64,000 bases of DNA from a virus (taxonomy: Duplodnaviria; Caudoviricetes): positions 1 through 64,000 of IMG/VR virus record IMGVR_UViG_3300012933_000171. The stretch is one strand, 5' to 3'. The stretch's first letter is position 1; every line of letters starts with the position of its first letter. Under the pieces are notes generated by a model that had not been told where the DNA came from, made no database searches, and was given only the letters and a program-made list of their open reading frames with translations. Of this stretch, positions 47,996 to 57,880 are shown piece by piece. The position numbers and the translations under genes were made by a program.

Positions 47996-48090
47996 GGCTT
48001 GTGTTATAATAAATACATTGCTAGATAGGCTAGCAGTTCTAACACTCTTTAAACAACATGACCTTAGAGTGTGGTCAGTAAAAGGAAATT

Positions 48091-48894
48091 ATGATGTACG
48101 CAAACAAGCTCGTGGCGAGCCTAAAAGCCAATGGTAAAATTCTCCGCGAATTTAAAGACAATGTTTATATTCCCTTCGGCAGCGAATATAGCTTCTTACT
48201 AAAAAACCTCAACACAAAACGAGCATTAGTCAATGTATTCATTGACGGTGAAGACATGACACCCGGTGGTCTTGTTATCAATGCAGGTCAAGAGATTGAC
48301 TTGGAACGCTCAATCAAAAACGGCAATCTACGTGAAGGCAACAAGTTCAAGTTCATTGAACGTACCGGTGCAGTAGAGAAGCATCGCGGTATCAAACTAG
48401 AAGATGGATTGATTCGTATTGAGTTTCAGTTTGAATTGAATCACCCAATGCAATCGTTCTTTGACAACAATGCTAATAATTGGTCAAAGAGTACTATGCG
48501 TGGATTCAGTGATATCACTTACGCAGCACCACAGGGCACTGGTTCAGCATGGTATGCTACTACAAATGCTACTGACGCTCGTTGGATTGGTGCTAGTGGA
48601 TCAACTTCTATGAACATTTCTGCACAAGCACAATCAATGCCAGCTAACGATGTTGGTATCACTGTAGCAGGTAGCAAGAGCACACAGTCATTCACTACAA
48701 CTACAATGGGTGTGATGGAAGCCGAGAAGCATTCTATCATCTTTATGTTGTTGGGCGAGACCGAAGACAACAAGCCTGTGTTAGAACCAGTCAACGTCAA
48801 GATGAAGCCAAAGTGTACTAGTTGTGGTAAGCAAAACAAAGCAACTGCAAAGTATTGCTCGGAATGTGGAACACATTTAGAACTATTTGCTTAA
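48091..48894 (+). CDS. Hypothetical protein with C-terminal double zinc ribbon
   Basis: C-terminal CTSCG...KYCSECG. AAGGA RBS. Confidence 0.75.
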   Translation: MMYANKLVASLKANGKILREFKDNVYIPFGSEYSFLLKNLNTKRALVNVFIDGEDMTPGGLVINAGQEIDLERSIKNGNLREGNKFKFIERTGAVEKHRGIKLEDGLIRIEFQFELNHPMQSFFDNNANNWSKSTMRGFSDITYAAPQGTGSAWYATTNATDARWIGASGSTSMNISAQAQSMPANDVGITVAGSKSTQSFTTTTMGVMEAEKHSIIFMLLGETEDNKPVLEPVNVKMKPKCTSCGKQNKATAKYCSECGTHLELFA

Positions 48895-48923
48895 TTGACT
48901 TTTACCCTAAGTTGTGATATACT
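48895..48923 (+). promoter_or_regulatory. Sigma70-like promoter with embedded 10-bp inverted repeat
   Basis: TTGACT-17 nt-TATACT. TACCCTAAGT...ACTTAGGGTA palindrome spans the spacer to the start codon. Confidence 0.7.
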
Positions 48924-48929
48924 TAGGGT

Positions 48930-49184
48930 ATGCAAATACAAACTTCTCTTGACTGGCAAGCTGTTCACGCTGAATTAAGAACTCAGATTGGACAGCTTCC
49001 TTATAATCCCGATTTGCGTAGAATGTTGAACAACATTAGTAACATGGTGTCTGAGTTAAGTCAAGCAGAAGTTGAATCAAGGCGTATCAATAAGCCAGAG
49101 TACAATAAACTAAAGGTCGATAGTATTAATAAAGCTATCGACCACTTAGAGAAACTTTTGCTTATCGCAAAGTTAATGAGTTAA
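48930..49184 (+). CDS. Hypothetical helical protein
   Basis: 84 aa ORF, ATG 6 nt after the -10 box. Confidence 0.65.
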   Translation: MQIQTSLDWQAVHAELRTQIGQLPYNPDLRRMLNNISNMVSELSQAEVESRRINKPEYNKLKVDSINKAIDHLEKLLLIAKLMS

Positions 49185-49411
49185 CTTATAATTACTTTGC
49201 GAACTGTTGGTGCAGAGAACGGAGTTACTACTGTTGTCTCAATATAGGATATTAAGTTATTAGGTGGAGTAGATACCACCTTAGTCACTACAGTAAGCGG
49301 CTGCAAGTTAATATCAGTAGCAGGTGACTTGTCACTGATAATTATTTTATTTACTACTTGTGTAGCTGTATAACTTGCATCCAATGCAGTTCCGCATGTT
49401 ATTGTTGCCAT
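49181..49411 (-). CDS. Small protein of paralog array (MATIT...)
   Basis: 76 aa, coupled to 49414-50610, same N-terminus as 51820-52020. Confidence 0.6.
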   Translation of the reverse strand: MATITCGTALDASYTATQVVNKIIISDKSPATDINLQPLTVVTKVVSTPPNNLISYIETTVVTPFSAPTVRKVIIS

Positions 49412-49413
49412 AG

Positions 49414-50610
49414 TTATTTCTTAGGTACACCTAATCCTATTCTATATGATGCTGAAATTGCGATTGAGTTTATCGGCCAAAGTGAATATGTTATTCCATC
49501 AACTGTATACTCATCTCCCGGAGTGTAGTCACCGTTGAAAAGAAACACACCGGATCTATCAGAAATGCTACCACCCATTGCAAGATAATAGTCATGTATC
49601 CACCCTAGTGGGTAATGTAAATAAGTTGTACCGGTTAATGTTTTATTTGGTACTTTTTCATTGACGGTATTGCTTAGTAATTTGTTAAAAACGATTGCGT
49701 AATCAGAACCATCTTGAACAGTACTATTATATAGACCCGCTCTGCCGTCACATGACGATATACCACTAACTGTGTGAGCTACTTGAACATTATTAGTTAT
49801 AGGCCAAGAAAAAACATTTGAGCTATTTTGATTGACGATAAAGTTTAAAACTTTAAACGGAACTACGCTACTAGAATTAGTAGCAACGAATCCTGGATTC
49901 TTATTAGCAGCAAAGTCGGTAGAGTCTAGAGAACTATTAGCTGAATCTCTTGCGGGGTTAGGGTAGATAACCGGAAACACCCCATTATCCATTGTGTTGA
50001 TATAATCATATCTAGTATATTGACTGATGATATACGGACCTAATGCTGATGTACCTGAACCCCAACCAGTTGGGGAAAGTGCCGTGTTATACGACCATAC
50101 TATGCAGTCATTTGTAATATACGCCCACACAGAATATACGTCAGTATCAGCGTGTGCATTTGCATTTGTATCTGAAGTTCCTGAAGTCGAAAGTATGCTT
50201 AACCCTGAAGCTGAAAAATCAGTTAGGGATAACTGAGTTGATGACATAGTACCACCGGTTAATGCAGTACCTACACTAAATCCAGCCATAGAACTCCCTG
50301 TAGTAATATGACCTACTTGTGCATAAAACGGTGTGCTAGGGCTATCATACACTGAAAATTGAAATGTGCTTTTCCACACATCATCACTCATCGAAAAATG
50401 CGAAGTAACGTTGGAGTCTGCGGCAGTCCTGACAATCTCACTAGTTGCTGTTTCAAGATTTGCAGTCAACGCCGAGTTGTAATTTGCACTTGTTGCTCTT
50501 GCCATTAATGAAGTAATGTCAGTGACACTTGGAGTATTCACGATATCAGTTATGATTCTCCAAAATGTTTGCATTGGCTTCGCTGATGTGTAATTTAATT
50601 TTATAAACAT
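49414..50610 (-). CDS. ~400-aa Ser/Thr-rich putative virion protein, paralog 4
   Basis: MFIKLNY...GGSIS..SGVFLFNGDYTPGDE...YRIGLGVPKK. Confidence 0.65.
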   Translation of the reverse strand: MFIKLNYTSAKPMQTFWRIITDIVNTPSVTDITSLMARATSANYNSALTANLETATSEIVRTAADSNVTSHFSMSDDVWKSTFQFSVYDSPSTPFYAQVGHITTGSSMAGFSVGTALTGGTMSSTQLSLTDFSASGLSILSTSGTSDTNANAHADTDVYSVWAYITNDCIVWSYNTALSPTGWGSGTSALGPYIISQYTRYDYINTMDNGVFPVIYPNPARDSANSSLDSTDFAANKNPGFVATNSSSVVPFKVLNFIVNQNSSNVFSWPITNNVQVAHTVSGISSCDGRAGLYNSTVQDGSDYAIVFNKLLSNTVNEKVPNKTLTGTTYLHYPLGWIHDYYLAMGGSISDRSGVFLFNGDYTPGDEYTVDGITYSLWPINSIAISASYRIGLGVPKK

Positions 50611-50612
50611 AG

Positions 50613-51803
50613 TTATTCCTTAGGGACCGCAATACCTAAACGATAAGTTGTAGGGTCAAAACCGAATGGCATGATAATAAAGGTCCTGTTACCGTCGGTG
50701 ATTTCATCTCCTGGAGTATAATCGCCGTTGAATAAGTAAATATCGCTTACCGCAGAGATATCACCTCCCATAATATTAAACATTGAGTTTTTAAATGTTA
50801 TTGGATAGAGTGCATAACCTTTGTTCAACAAATTTGGATGGGGAACTCGATGTTGAGTAGTAGTTGATGCAAATGCTCCAGTTGAAGTACTACTAGATGA
50901 GGTACTCAATACGCTACTAAATAATGCCCTGGCACAAGAATTTCTAGGCCCGATGCCTATGGTTGCACGAACTCCGGATGTTACTGCCCAAGGACCAGTG
51001 CTAGTTGATGGGCCCGAGTTAGTAATTGCATGTGCCATTCTGAATGGAGTTTGATTCAGTGTTGTACTGATAGGGTTACATACGTTGTTAAATATTGCGA
51101 CATCATTGAATAAATTCCTAGACACACCGTATGTAGTGACCGCAGGGAACATACCATTATCAAGGGTGTTCCAATAATCGTAGGGTTTATATTGTGCCAT
51201 CATATGAGGACCAGACCAAGTTGATACGTTATACGCAGTTGGAAAGCCTGATGCAGTTGCAGTACCTAATGACATCCAAACCATAACGCAATTGTTATTC
51301 ACATATGCGAAAAACGAATTAAAAGTATCAGCGGTTGATGCAATTCCCAGAAATCCAATTTCATCAGTCATTGATAGCCCAGTACCTGTCGCTGTCGTGT
51401 TCGACCATCCCGTAGCAGTAAACCCGTACTGTGCGCTTGCCATTGTACCACCGGTTAATGTTTTGCCACTAGTAAAATTTGATGCGGAAGTATTTTGAAA
51501 TCGAAGATAATGTTTTACTGCATTGTTTGTGTAAGCACCCATTTCAATCGTCAGGTTAGCACTATATGCAGTTGAAGTTTTTGCAATGTGGGCTTTGATA
51601 TTTGATGTGTCGTTTGTGCGATATAATTCACATGCTGGTAAATTGATTAAGTTTAAAATCTCACTATTGGTACTTATTGCAGCTCTCAGCCCAGCAGAAT
51701 CTGTTATAGATGGCGATGATAGAATGTGAGCTAGTATTCTGTGACCGACGTAACCGCCCGCAGCAGCATTTGGTGAACTCTTGTATACTATTTTTAAAAA
51801 CAT
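50613..51803 (-). CDS. ~400-aa putative virion protein, paralog 3
   Basis: MFLKIVY...GGDIS..SDIYLFNGDYTPGDE...YRLGIAVPKE. Confidence 0.65.
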   Translation of the reverse strand: MFLKIVYKSSPNAAAGGYVGHRILAHILSSPSITDSAGLRAAISTNSEILNLINLPACELYRTNDTSNIKAHIAKTSTAYSANLTIEMGAYTNNAVKHYLRFQNTSASNFTSGKTLTGGTMASAQYGFTATGWSNTTATGTGLSMTDEIGFLGIASTADTFNSFFAYVNNNCVMVWMSLGTATASGFPTAYNVSTWSGPHMMAQYKPYDYWNTLDNGMFPAVTTYGVSRNLFNDVAIFNNVCNPISTTLNQTPFRMAHAITNSGPSTSTGPWAVTSGVRATIGIGPRNSCARALFSSVLSTSSSSTSTGAFASTTTQHRVPHPNLLNKGYALYPITFKNSMFNIMGGDISAVSDIYLFNGDYTPGDEITDGNRTFIIMPFGFDPTTYRLGIAVPKE

Positions 51804-51819
51804 ATTGTATTTATCCTTT

Positions 51820-52020
51820 TCATCCCCAGGCTCTATTGCGCTTCAACACATCGCTCGGTGGCACGGTCGATATTACTGCTAGTTTAACTGCTAGCGGAGG
51901 ATTTTTTGTATTAACTGAAGCAGTCAATGATGAGGTTGCAGTGGGGTAAATTTCTTTAATTTTCTGAATACCCTGCACGATGTCAGGACCTGCATTCACT
52001 ACAGTTGTGATAGTAGCCAT
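51820..52020 (-). CDS. Small protein of paralog array (MATIT...)
   Basis: 66 aa, starts 1 nt after the upstream stop. Confidence 0.6.
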   Translation of the reverse strand: MATITTVVNAGPDIVQGIQKIKEIYPTATSSLTASVNTKNPPLAVKLAVISTVPPSDVLKRNRAWG

Positions 52021-52021
52021 A

Positions 52022-53248
52022 TTATTCTTTCGGAATAGCTAATGCTATGTTGTTTGTATATCCTGCCCAAGTTGGTATTAACACATAAGTGGTAGACCCA
52101 ATAGATAATTCATCACCGGGTGAATACGGTCCATTGTATAGGTATATGTTAGAAATTTCACTAATGCTACCACCAAAGCAGTTGTATACACTCATTTCCC
52201 AACCCAAATCGTATAAAGCATAAACCGGAGTTGTGATAGTATCATCAGGTACTTTCATCACTGAGCTAGTTCCAAGGACTAGTGGCCAAGATGTAGCGTA
52301 ATTCGCTACACTAGAAAGTGCATTCCCGAGCGGGCGTTGTGCAGCACTATACCCATCAACGGTCAATGCAACGTTTTGTATAGAGTACGTAGTGGGAACA
52401 TCAGTTGAGGTACTAGGAGTGTTGTTTATTAGATTTAGTACACGTAAAGCAGAAGTAGTTATATCTGCTCCCGTATACAATGGATTTCCATAACCGCTAT
52501 TCCCGAAGTCACCTGAATTAGAACCAAAGTTGCATCCTAGACCAACACCAAGACCGCGTGGCGAAGAAAATACTACTGGTAAAATGTTTGCCGGGGTGTT
52601 TAATATATCATCACGTGTGTATTGACTAAAGATGAACGGACCATTAAAGACCGAACTATTACTATAAGTCGTCGGCCAACCATTTGCTGCTACTGTCTCG
52701 TTAACTGCAAACATCATTGAATTGTCGTTGATGTGCATATACAATGTTTTGACTTTAGTAAGTCCGGTTCCACCGTGGACTGATAACACCGGAGAACTAG
52801 TACCACCATACCCAAGCGCAGATCCTTGTGCAGTAGAAGCAGTCGCTAGTGTACTTAAAGGAATGCTTGCGTTAGCCATTGTCCCAGAGGTTAACGCAGT
52901 GTAAACGACTATATAGCAGTAATCACTAGTTGTAGTGGTATTGTAAAATCTATAATAGATTTTTTTACTAGGATCATCGAATATACTTTGTTCAATAGTG
53001 AAACTATATACACCGGTGGATGGGCTAGTTGAACTAATATGAGCTTTCGTAGTCGATAGAGTATTAGTCCTCACGATTTCACTTGAAGCATCATTCAATG
53101 CAGAGAGAAGCGATGTAGCGTAGGTACCGGTGGCACGTGAGCGTAGAGTGCTTATGCTAGTAATAGAGCCAGTGTTAATAATGTCTGTTACTACTCGAAG
53201 AACAGACAGAAACGTTTGACCTGTTGTAAAATTTAATTTTATATACAT
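52022..53248 (-). CDS. ~400-aa putative virion protein, paralog 2
   Basis: Start set at MYIKLNF (53248) by alignment with paralogs. C-terminus GGSIS...YNGPYSPGDE...ALAIPKE. Confidence 0.65.
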   Translation of the reverse strand: MYIKLNFTTGQTFLSVLRVVTDIINTGSITSISTLRSRATGTYATSLLSALNDASSEIVRTNTLSTTKAHISSTSPSTGVYSFTIEQSIFDDPSKKIYYRFYNTTTTSDYCYIVVYTALTSGTMANASIPLSTLATASTAQGSALGYGGTSSPVLSVHGGTGLTKVKTLYMHINDNSMMFAVNETVAANGWPTTYSNSSVFNGPFIFSQYTRDDILNTPANILPVVFSSPRGLGVGLGCNFGSNSGDFGNSGYGNPLYTGADITTSALRVLNLINNTPSTSTDVPTTYSIQNVALTVDGYSAAQRPLGNALSSVANYATSWPLVLGTSSVMKVPDDTITTPVYALYDLGWEMSVYNCFGGSISEISNIYLYNGPYSPGDELSIGSTTYVLIPTWAGYTNNIALAIPKE

Positions 53249-53250
53249 TG

Positions 53251-54474
53251 TTATTCTTTCGGTACAGCCCAAGCAACACGGTAACTTACACCTTCATTAC
53301 CTGTCATCGGCATTAGCATGTATTTTTTCCCGTCGTTGTAAATTTCATCACCCGGAGCGAAATCACCGTGAAACAAAAATATACCAGATTGGTCTGTTAT
53401 GTTTCCACCACGGCTCCCGTTACGCCTGAATGATATTGGATAAAGAGGAAATACTTTCTTCGACATATCACTTGAAAATATTCTAGCTTGTTTAGTAGTT
53501 GAAAACGGCGAGCCGTTCGCTACATACCCGGCAGCAGCATCGACTGAATTTACTGTACTTAACGGCACAACGTCACCGTATCTACTTAAAATTCCTAATG
53601 CTGTTTTTTTATTATATTCAATAGTCCAGGATACAGCAGTCGCACTAGGTACTCCTGAAATAGTATTGTACATATAAAACAAACACTCTTCGGGAGTACT
53701 TGACAGTGTATTATTAGGGGTAGTGATGTCACTCTCTCTAAAAAACGAACCAATTGTTCTATTCGGGTTAGCGTACACAACTGGTAATATCCCGTTCGAA
53801 CTGGTATTCCAATAATCTCTAGGAGAGTACTGGGAAATTATTAACGGGCCTTGATAATTTGGGGTAGCGAGTGAGCTTGTAAATCCGTTTCTACTTCCAG
53901 AGTTATTGCAACATGATATCACAAACGTAGTAGGTGTTATGTACGCCCAGACAGTGTTGTATAAAGTTAGTGTGCTAAAGTTTTTAACTTCTGTCGGGAA
54001 CCCAGCGTCATTTACTAGAGCTAAATCAGTTCCATTAGCGTTATAATCATATGTAGGTGCTGTTACGTCCCAACTCGATGATGCAATGCTATTGTCAATC
54101 GTAGTGCCTACTCGAAATGTTGAAACAGTGTCTTTACCTGGATTACTTAATTGGGTGTAGTATAATGATTCAGAGTTATATACCTTTTGTTGAATGGTAA
54201 ATTTATACCCGTGACCAAGAGTTGCATAATAATCACTTGATACAATTCCGGGTTTTGAAATGTGTGCAACGGTGTTATCAGTGGTAGCAGTCCTTATAAT
54301 TTCAGAGTATGCTGCGTCAAAATTATTAGTTAGGTCAGTGTGATAATTTGCAGTGTTCATTCGTGTTAGCAAATGAGACACGGAAGTGATGTTGGTGTTG
54401 TTGATTATATCAGCTAGTACCCGTAGGAAATTCGAAAGCGGTCTACTAGTGGTGTATTGTAATTTTACAAACAT
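53251..54474 (-). CDS. ~400-aa putative virion protein, paralog 1
   Basis: MFVKLQY...GGNIT..SGIFLFHGDFAPGDE...YRVAWAVPKE. Confidence 0.65.
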   Translation of the reverse strand: MFVKLQYTTSRPLSNFLRVLADIINNTNITSVSHLLTRMNTANYHTDLTNNFDAAYSEIIRTATTDNTVAHISKPGIVSSDYYATLGHGYKFTIQQKVYNSESLYYTQLSNPGKDTVSTFRVGTTIDNSIASSSWDVTAPTYDYNANGTDLALVNDAGFPTEVKNFSTLTLYNTVWAYITPTTFVISCCNNSGSRNGFTSSLATPNYQGPLIISQYSPRDYWNTSSNGILPVVYANPNRTIGSFFRESDITTPNNTLSSTPEECLFYMYNTISGVPSATAVSWTIEYNKKTALGILSRYGDVVPLSTVNSVDAAAGYVANGSPFSTTKQARIFSSDMSKKVFPLYPISFRRNGSRGGNITDQSGIFLFHGDFAPGDEIYNDGKKYMLMPMTGNEGVSYRVAWAVPKE

Positions 54475-54477
54475 AGT

Positions 54478-54771
54478 TTACTCAGTCGGTGTAGGCTCAA
54501 CAGATGATTCTTCTGGAACATCAGTAATCAACGACACAGTTGTTCCCTCAATGAACGAAGTAGTTTTTGCAACATAGATGAATGTCAATGTTCGTCCTCG
54601 AAAGAAATTAAATGATTTTTCTTCATCACTGTCAGCAAACACTACATTAGAAAACATCAAGTTTGCAAACTCTTGGTCAGATGATGCAGTTAGAGTTGTA
54701 AAGTAAAAATCATAATTCCAAGGATCTTGGATATTGAAATTTATTATTGAAAGCATCTCATTGTATGTCAT
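54478..54771 (-). CDS. Hypothetical acidic protein
   Basis: 97 aa, AAGGA RBS, lies between the tail fibre and the paralog array. Confidence 0.55.
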   Translation of the reverse strand: MTYNEMLSIINFNIQDPWNYDFYFTTLTASSDQEFANLMFSNVVFADSDEEKSFNFFRGRTLTFIYVAKTTSFIEGTTVSLITDVPEESSVEPTPTE

Positions 54772-54780
54772 TATTATTCC

Positions 54781-57700
54781 TTAAATTTTTGAAAATAGTA
54801 GAACCACATGCAAGTCAGATGCACTGGTGCCTGCACTTGTGATATCTACGGTTAGATAATCATCTTCTAATAAAGTACTGTTCGGAGTTGTCTTAACTAA
54901 TAACTCTCCGGCAGCAATTGTTACAGTCGTAACCACGGTTGAATTATTCTTCACTACGCTAATCGTAGTAGCAGACGATCCAGCGTTCTGCAAGTAGCAC
55001 GACACTTTAGATAACGACCCGCTAATCGGGACATAGACTCGGTCTTCACCGAGACTGTAAGTTAATGGACCTGACCAGTAGTATGTTTTTGATTGATAAA
55101 CCTCAGGCATTACTGTAATAAAACTAAATGTTCCGTCACCGTTAGCTGATAGAAGTTGCCCAGTAGTGCCGTCTTCGATTCCTAAATCAAGTAATGTAGT
55201 TGCCCCAGAGCCACCACCTCCACCTGAAGACTGGGCAACCCAAGATAAGTTTCCAGTTCCATCAGTCGATAGAACTTGACCAGTTAAGCCACCGGATATC
55301 TTTACATTCGAATTGGCTCCTAGTGTAGTGATGCCGTTGACTGTAAGTGCTGTTAAGGTACCCAATGATGTAACAGAAGGTTGTGACGAACTTGTGACTG
55401 TCGATGCAACAATGTTTAAATTATCGATGTATGTTTTAGTAACTCTATTATCAATAGCAGTATTTGCACGTGCTACTGTGTAGTATAAGTTGGCGCCTTC
55501 AGATAAATTAGTTGTTGATTTAGTTCCTAGCCACGTTGTTGCAGTACTAGCAAAGTCAGCCGTAGCAAGTTTTGCCCCAATCAAAGATGTCATTGATGTA
55601 GCAAAGTTAGGATCATCTCCCAATGCAGCAGCTAATTCATTTAATGTGTTTAATGTAGTGGGTGCAGCATCTACTAGGTTGCTGATTTGAGTACCTACAT
55701 AACTCTGAGTTGCATAACTGGTTAGTGCAGATGCCTGTAGTGCTGTATCAGCTTTTGCACCTTGCGCCGCAGTAGCATAAGCAGTAGAATTAGTTGCCGC
55801 CGCAGTGCCTAATGTTGGCTTATCAGTTAAATCGTTATACGATGTTACACCACCTCCGCCCAACAAGCTAGTAGTGTCAGTCAAGTCACTGATATCTGCT
55901 GGGATAGTTGGCTTGTCGGTTAAATTATTATACGATGTAACTCCACTACTTAATAAATTCGTAGTGTCTGTCAAGTCACTAATGTCTGCTGGAATAGATG
56001 GTTTGTTAGTTAAGTCAGAATAGCTGCCGCTAAAAGTACTATAACTTGATAAGTCAGGTGGAGTGAAAGCAAACACACCAGTCGTGTTATCGTATGCAAG
56101 ATTAGCAACACCTGATGGCTGAACCGATACGCTCAAGTCAGTTAGCTGAATGCCAGTTGCTACGGTACTGAATGTCAACACACCTGCACCGTCTGTGGTC
56201 AATACTTGTCCAGTTGTGCCGTCAGTTATTCCTAAATCAAATACTGAAGTAGGAATTGATGGCTTATCAGATAATTCGTTGTATGAACTAATTAACAAGT
56301 TGGTAGTGTCAGTTAACTCACTAACGTCATACGGGATAAATGGCTTATCAGTTAAATCAATATACGAAGTTACACCACCGCCTCCGCTAGTCCCGGAAGT
56401 AGCATCAGTACCGTTAACCCAGTTAGTCCCATCATATTTTAGAACTTGTCCAGTCGTCAATGTACCTGAGTTAATAACAACACCAGTTAACTCAGTTAAA
56501 GCTGATACACCTAATAAATTAGTCGTGTCAGTTAAGTCACTAATGTCTGCTGGAATAGATGGCTTGTTAGTTAAATCAGCGTAACTACCACTGAACAAAG
56601 ATGGCTTACCTGTTAAGTTTGCATACGTGCCGTCAAATAATGTAGGCTTGTTAGTTAAATCAGTGTAACTTCCACTCGTAGCAACAGTTGATAGAGTTGG
56701 CTTGCCAGTAATGTTAGCGTATGTAAATGCGTTTGCATTTAACTTGTTAGCTAGTGTATTCGTGACAGTCGTAGAAAAGTTAGCATCATCACCTAATGCA
56801 GCCGCTAACTCGTTCAATGTGTTTAATGTAGTAGGAGCTGCATCAACTAGATTGCTAATTTGCGTGTTGACATAAGTTTGTGTAGCGTACCCGGTTAAAT
56901 CTGTAACTACACCGGTTAATAAACTACCGTCACCTGCAAACTTAGTTGCAGACAATGTACCTGTTGTCTTGTTAAATGTAAATGCTGAATTACCGGCAGT
57001 TGTGCCGTTATCATTAAATTGAACTTGAGTGTTTGTTCCTGCAGGGGCAGATGAACCTACACTAATACCAGTAAGTTGACTACCGTCACCTATGAATTTT
57101 GTCGCAGTTACGTTACCAGCAACTGTCAAATCTATTAGCGTACCAACACTAGTGATATTAGGCTGTGCATTCATAAACACAGTGCCAGCCATATGTGAAC
57201 TTGGAACTTCACCGTATATATTTGCAGCACGAATGTTACCTATTTGATAACCGTCACCCTTTAAGAATGATGCTTGCAACACTCCAGTAGAAGAATTAAA
57301 TGTGAAGTTTGGACTAGCACCCAAATCACCGTTGTTATTGTATTGAACTTGCGTGTTACTTCCAGCGGTAGTTAAACCTCTAGCAAGATAGGTAGTAACT
57401 TCAATTATTTCACCACTAAACGGAGGCTCAGAGAAAGTTAGTACATCACCGCTAATGTCAAATGCAGAGCGTTGCTGTGTGATACCGTCAATGTTGACGT
57501 ATACGAAGTCTCTACTATCAGGTGTAGTAGATAAAGTGAAATCTATTTCAGTGCCGTCGCCGGTGAATGTATCTTGGGTGATACCAGTGAAGCCAGAAAC
57601 AACAACTTGCTCGCCGCCTGCACCACCGTCAGCCCAAGATAAGTTACCTGTCCCGTCAGTGGATAATACTTGTCCCGCTGAACCGCCTGTAATTGTGATG

Positions 57701-57822
57701 TTTGCGGCAGAACCTAAATTTGTCTCACCGTTAACAGCTAGATTGCCAGTAATGTTGGCATCGGCAAACGTAAATGTTGCACTAGTGTTTACGCTTTTTG
57801 GTTCTAATTTTGTAAATGCCAT
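54781..57822 (-). CDS. Long tail fibre protein with internal repeats
   Basis: GQVLSTDGTGNLSW motifs, two ISNLVDAAPTTLNTLNELAAALGDD blocks, many SY.DLT.KP repeats. Confidence 0.8.
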   Translation of the reverse strand: MAFTKLEPKSVNTSATFTFADANITGNLAVNGETNLGSAANITITGGSAGQVLSTDGTGNLSWADGGAGGEQVVVSGFTGITQDTFTGDGTEIDFTLSTTPDSRDFVYVNIDGITQQRSAFDISGDVLTFSEPPFSGEIIEVTTYLARGLTTAGSNTQVQYNNNGDLGASPNFTFNSSTGVLQASFLKGDGYQIGNIRAANIYGEVPSSHMAGTVFMNAQPNITSVGTLIDLTVAGNVTATKFIGDGSQLTGISVGSSAPAGTNTQVQFNDNGTTAGNSAFTFNKTTGTLSATKFAGDGSLLTGVVTDLTGYATQTYVNTQISNLVDAAPTTLNTLNELAAALGDDANFSTTVTNTLANKLNANAFTYANITGKPTLSTVATSGSYTDLTNKPTLFDGTYANLTGKPSLFSGSYADLTNKPSIPADISDLTDTTNLLGVSALTELTGVVINSGTLTTGQVLKYDGTNWVNGTDATSGTSGGGGVTSYIDLTDKPFIPYDVSELTDTTNLLISSYNELSDKPSIPTSVFDLGITDGTTGQVLTTDGAGVLTFSTVATGIQLTDLSVSVQPSGVANLAYDNTTGVFAFTPPDLSSYSTFSGSYSDLTNKPSIPADISDLTDTTNLLSSGVTSYNNLTDKPTIPADISDLTDTTSLLGGGGVTSYNDLTDKPTLGTAAATNSTAYATAAQGAKADTALQASALTSYATQSYVGTQISNLVDAAPTTLNTLNELAAALGDDPNFATSMTSLIGAKLATADFASTATTWLGTKSTTNLSEGANLYYTVARANTAIDNRVTKTYIDNLNIVASTVTSSSQPSVTSLGTLTALTVNGITTLGANSNVKISGGLTGQVLSTDGTGNLSWVAQSSGGGGGSGATTLLDLGIEDGTTGQLLSANGDGTFSFITVMPEVYQSKTYYWSGPLTYSLGEDRVYVPISGSLSKVSCYLQNAGSSATTISVVKNNSTVVTTVTIAAGELLVKTTPNSTLLEDDYLTVDITSAGTSASDLHVVLLFSKI
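55810..56720 (-). repeat. Coding tandem repeats SY.DLT(N/D)KP(S/T)IP.DISDLTDTT.LL
   Basis: About nine Y..L..KP units. DNA such as AAGTCACTAATGTCTGCTGGAATAGATGG recurs (~55973 and ~56534). Confidence 0.8.
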
Positions 57823-57880
57823 TCTATATTCCCGATTATTTAGTATTTAGTCAAAAAATAACCAAACACTAGACGGGAAT

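Noticed and set aside
55810-56720. CRISPR array or DGR template/variable repeats
   Set aside because: The repeats are degenerate, in-frame and protein-coding. There are no unique spacers, no adenine-specific variation was noticed, and there is no reverse transcriptase or cas gene in the window.
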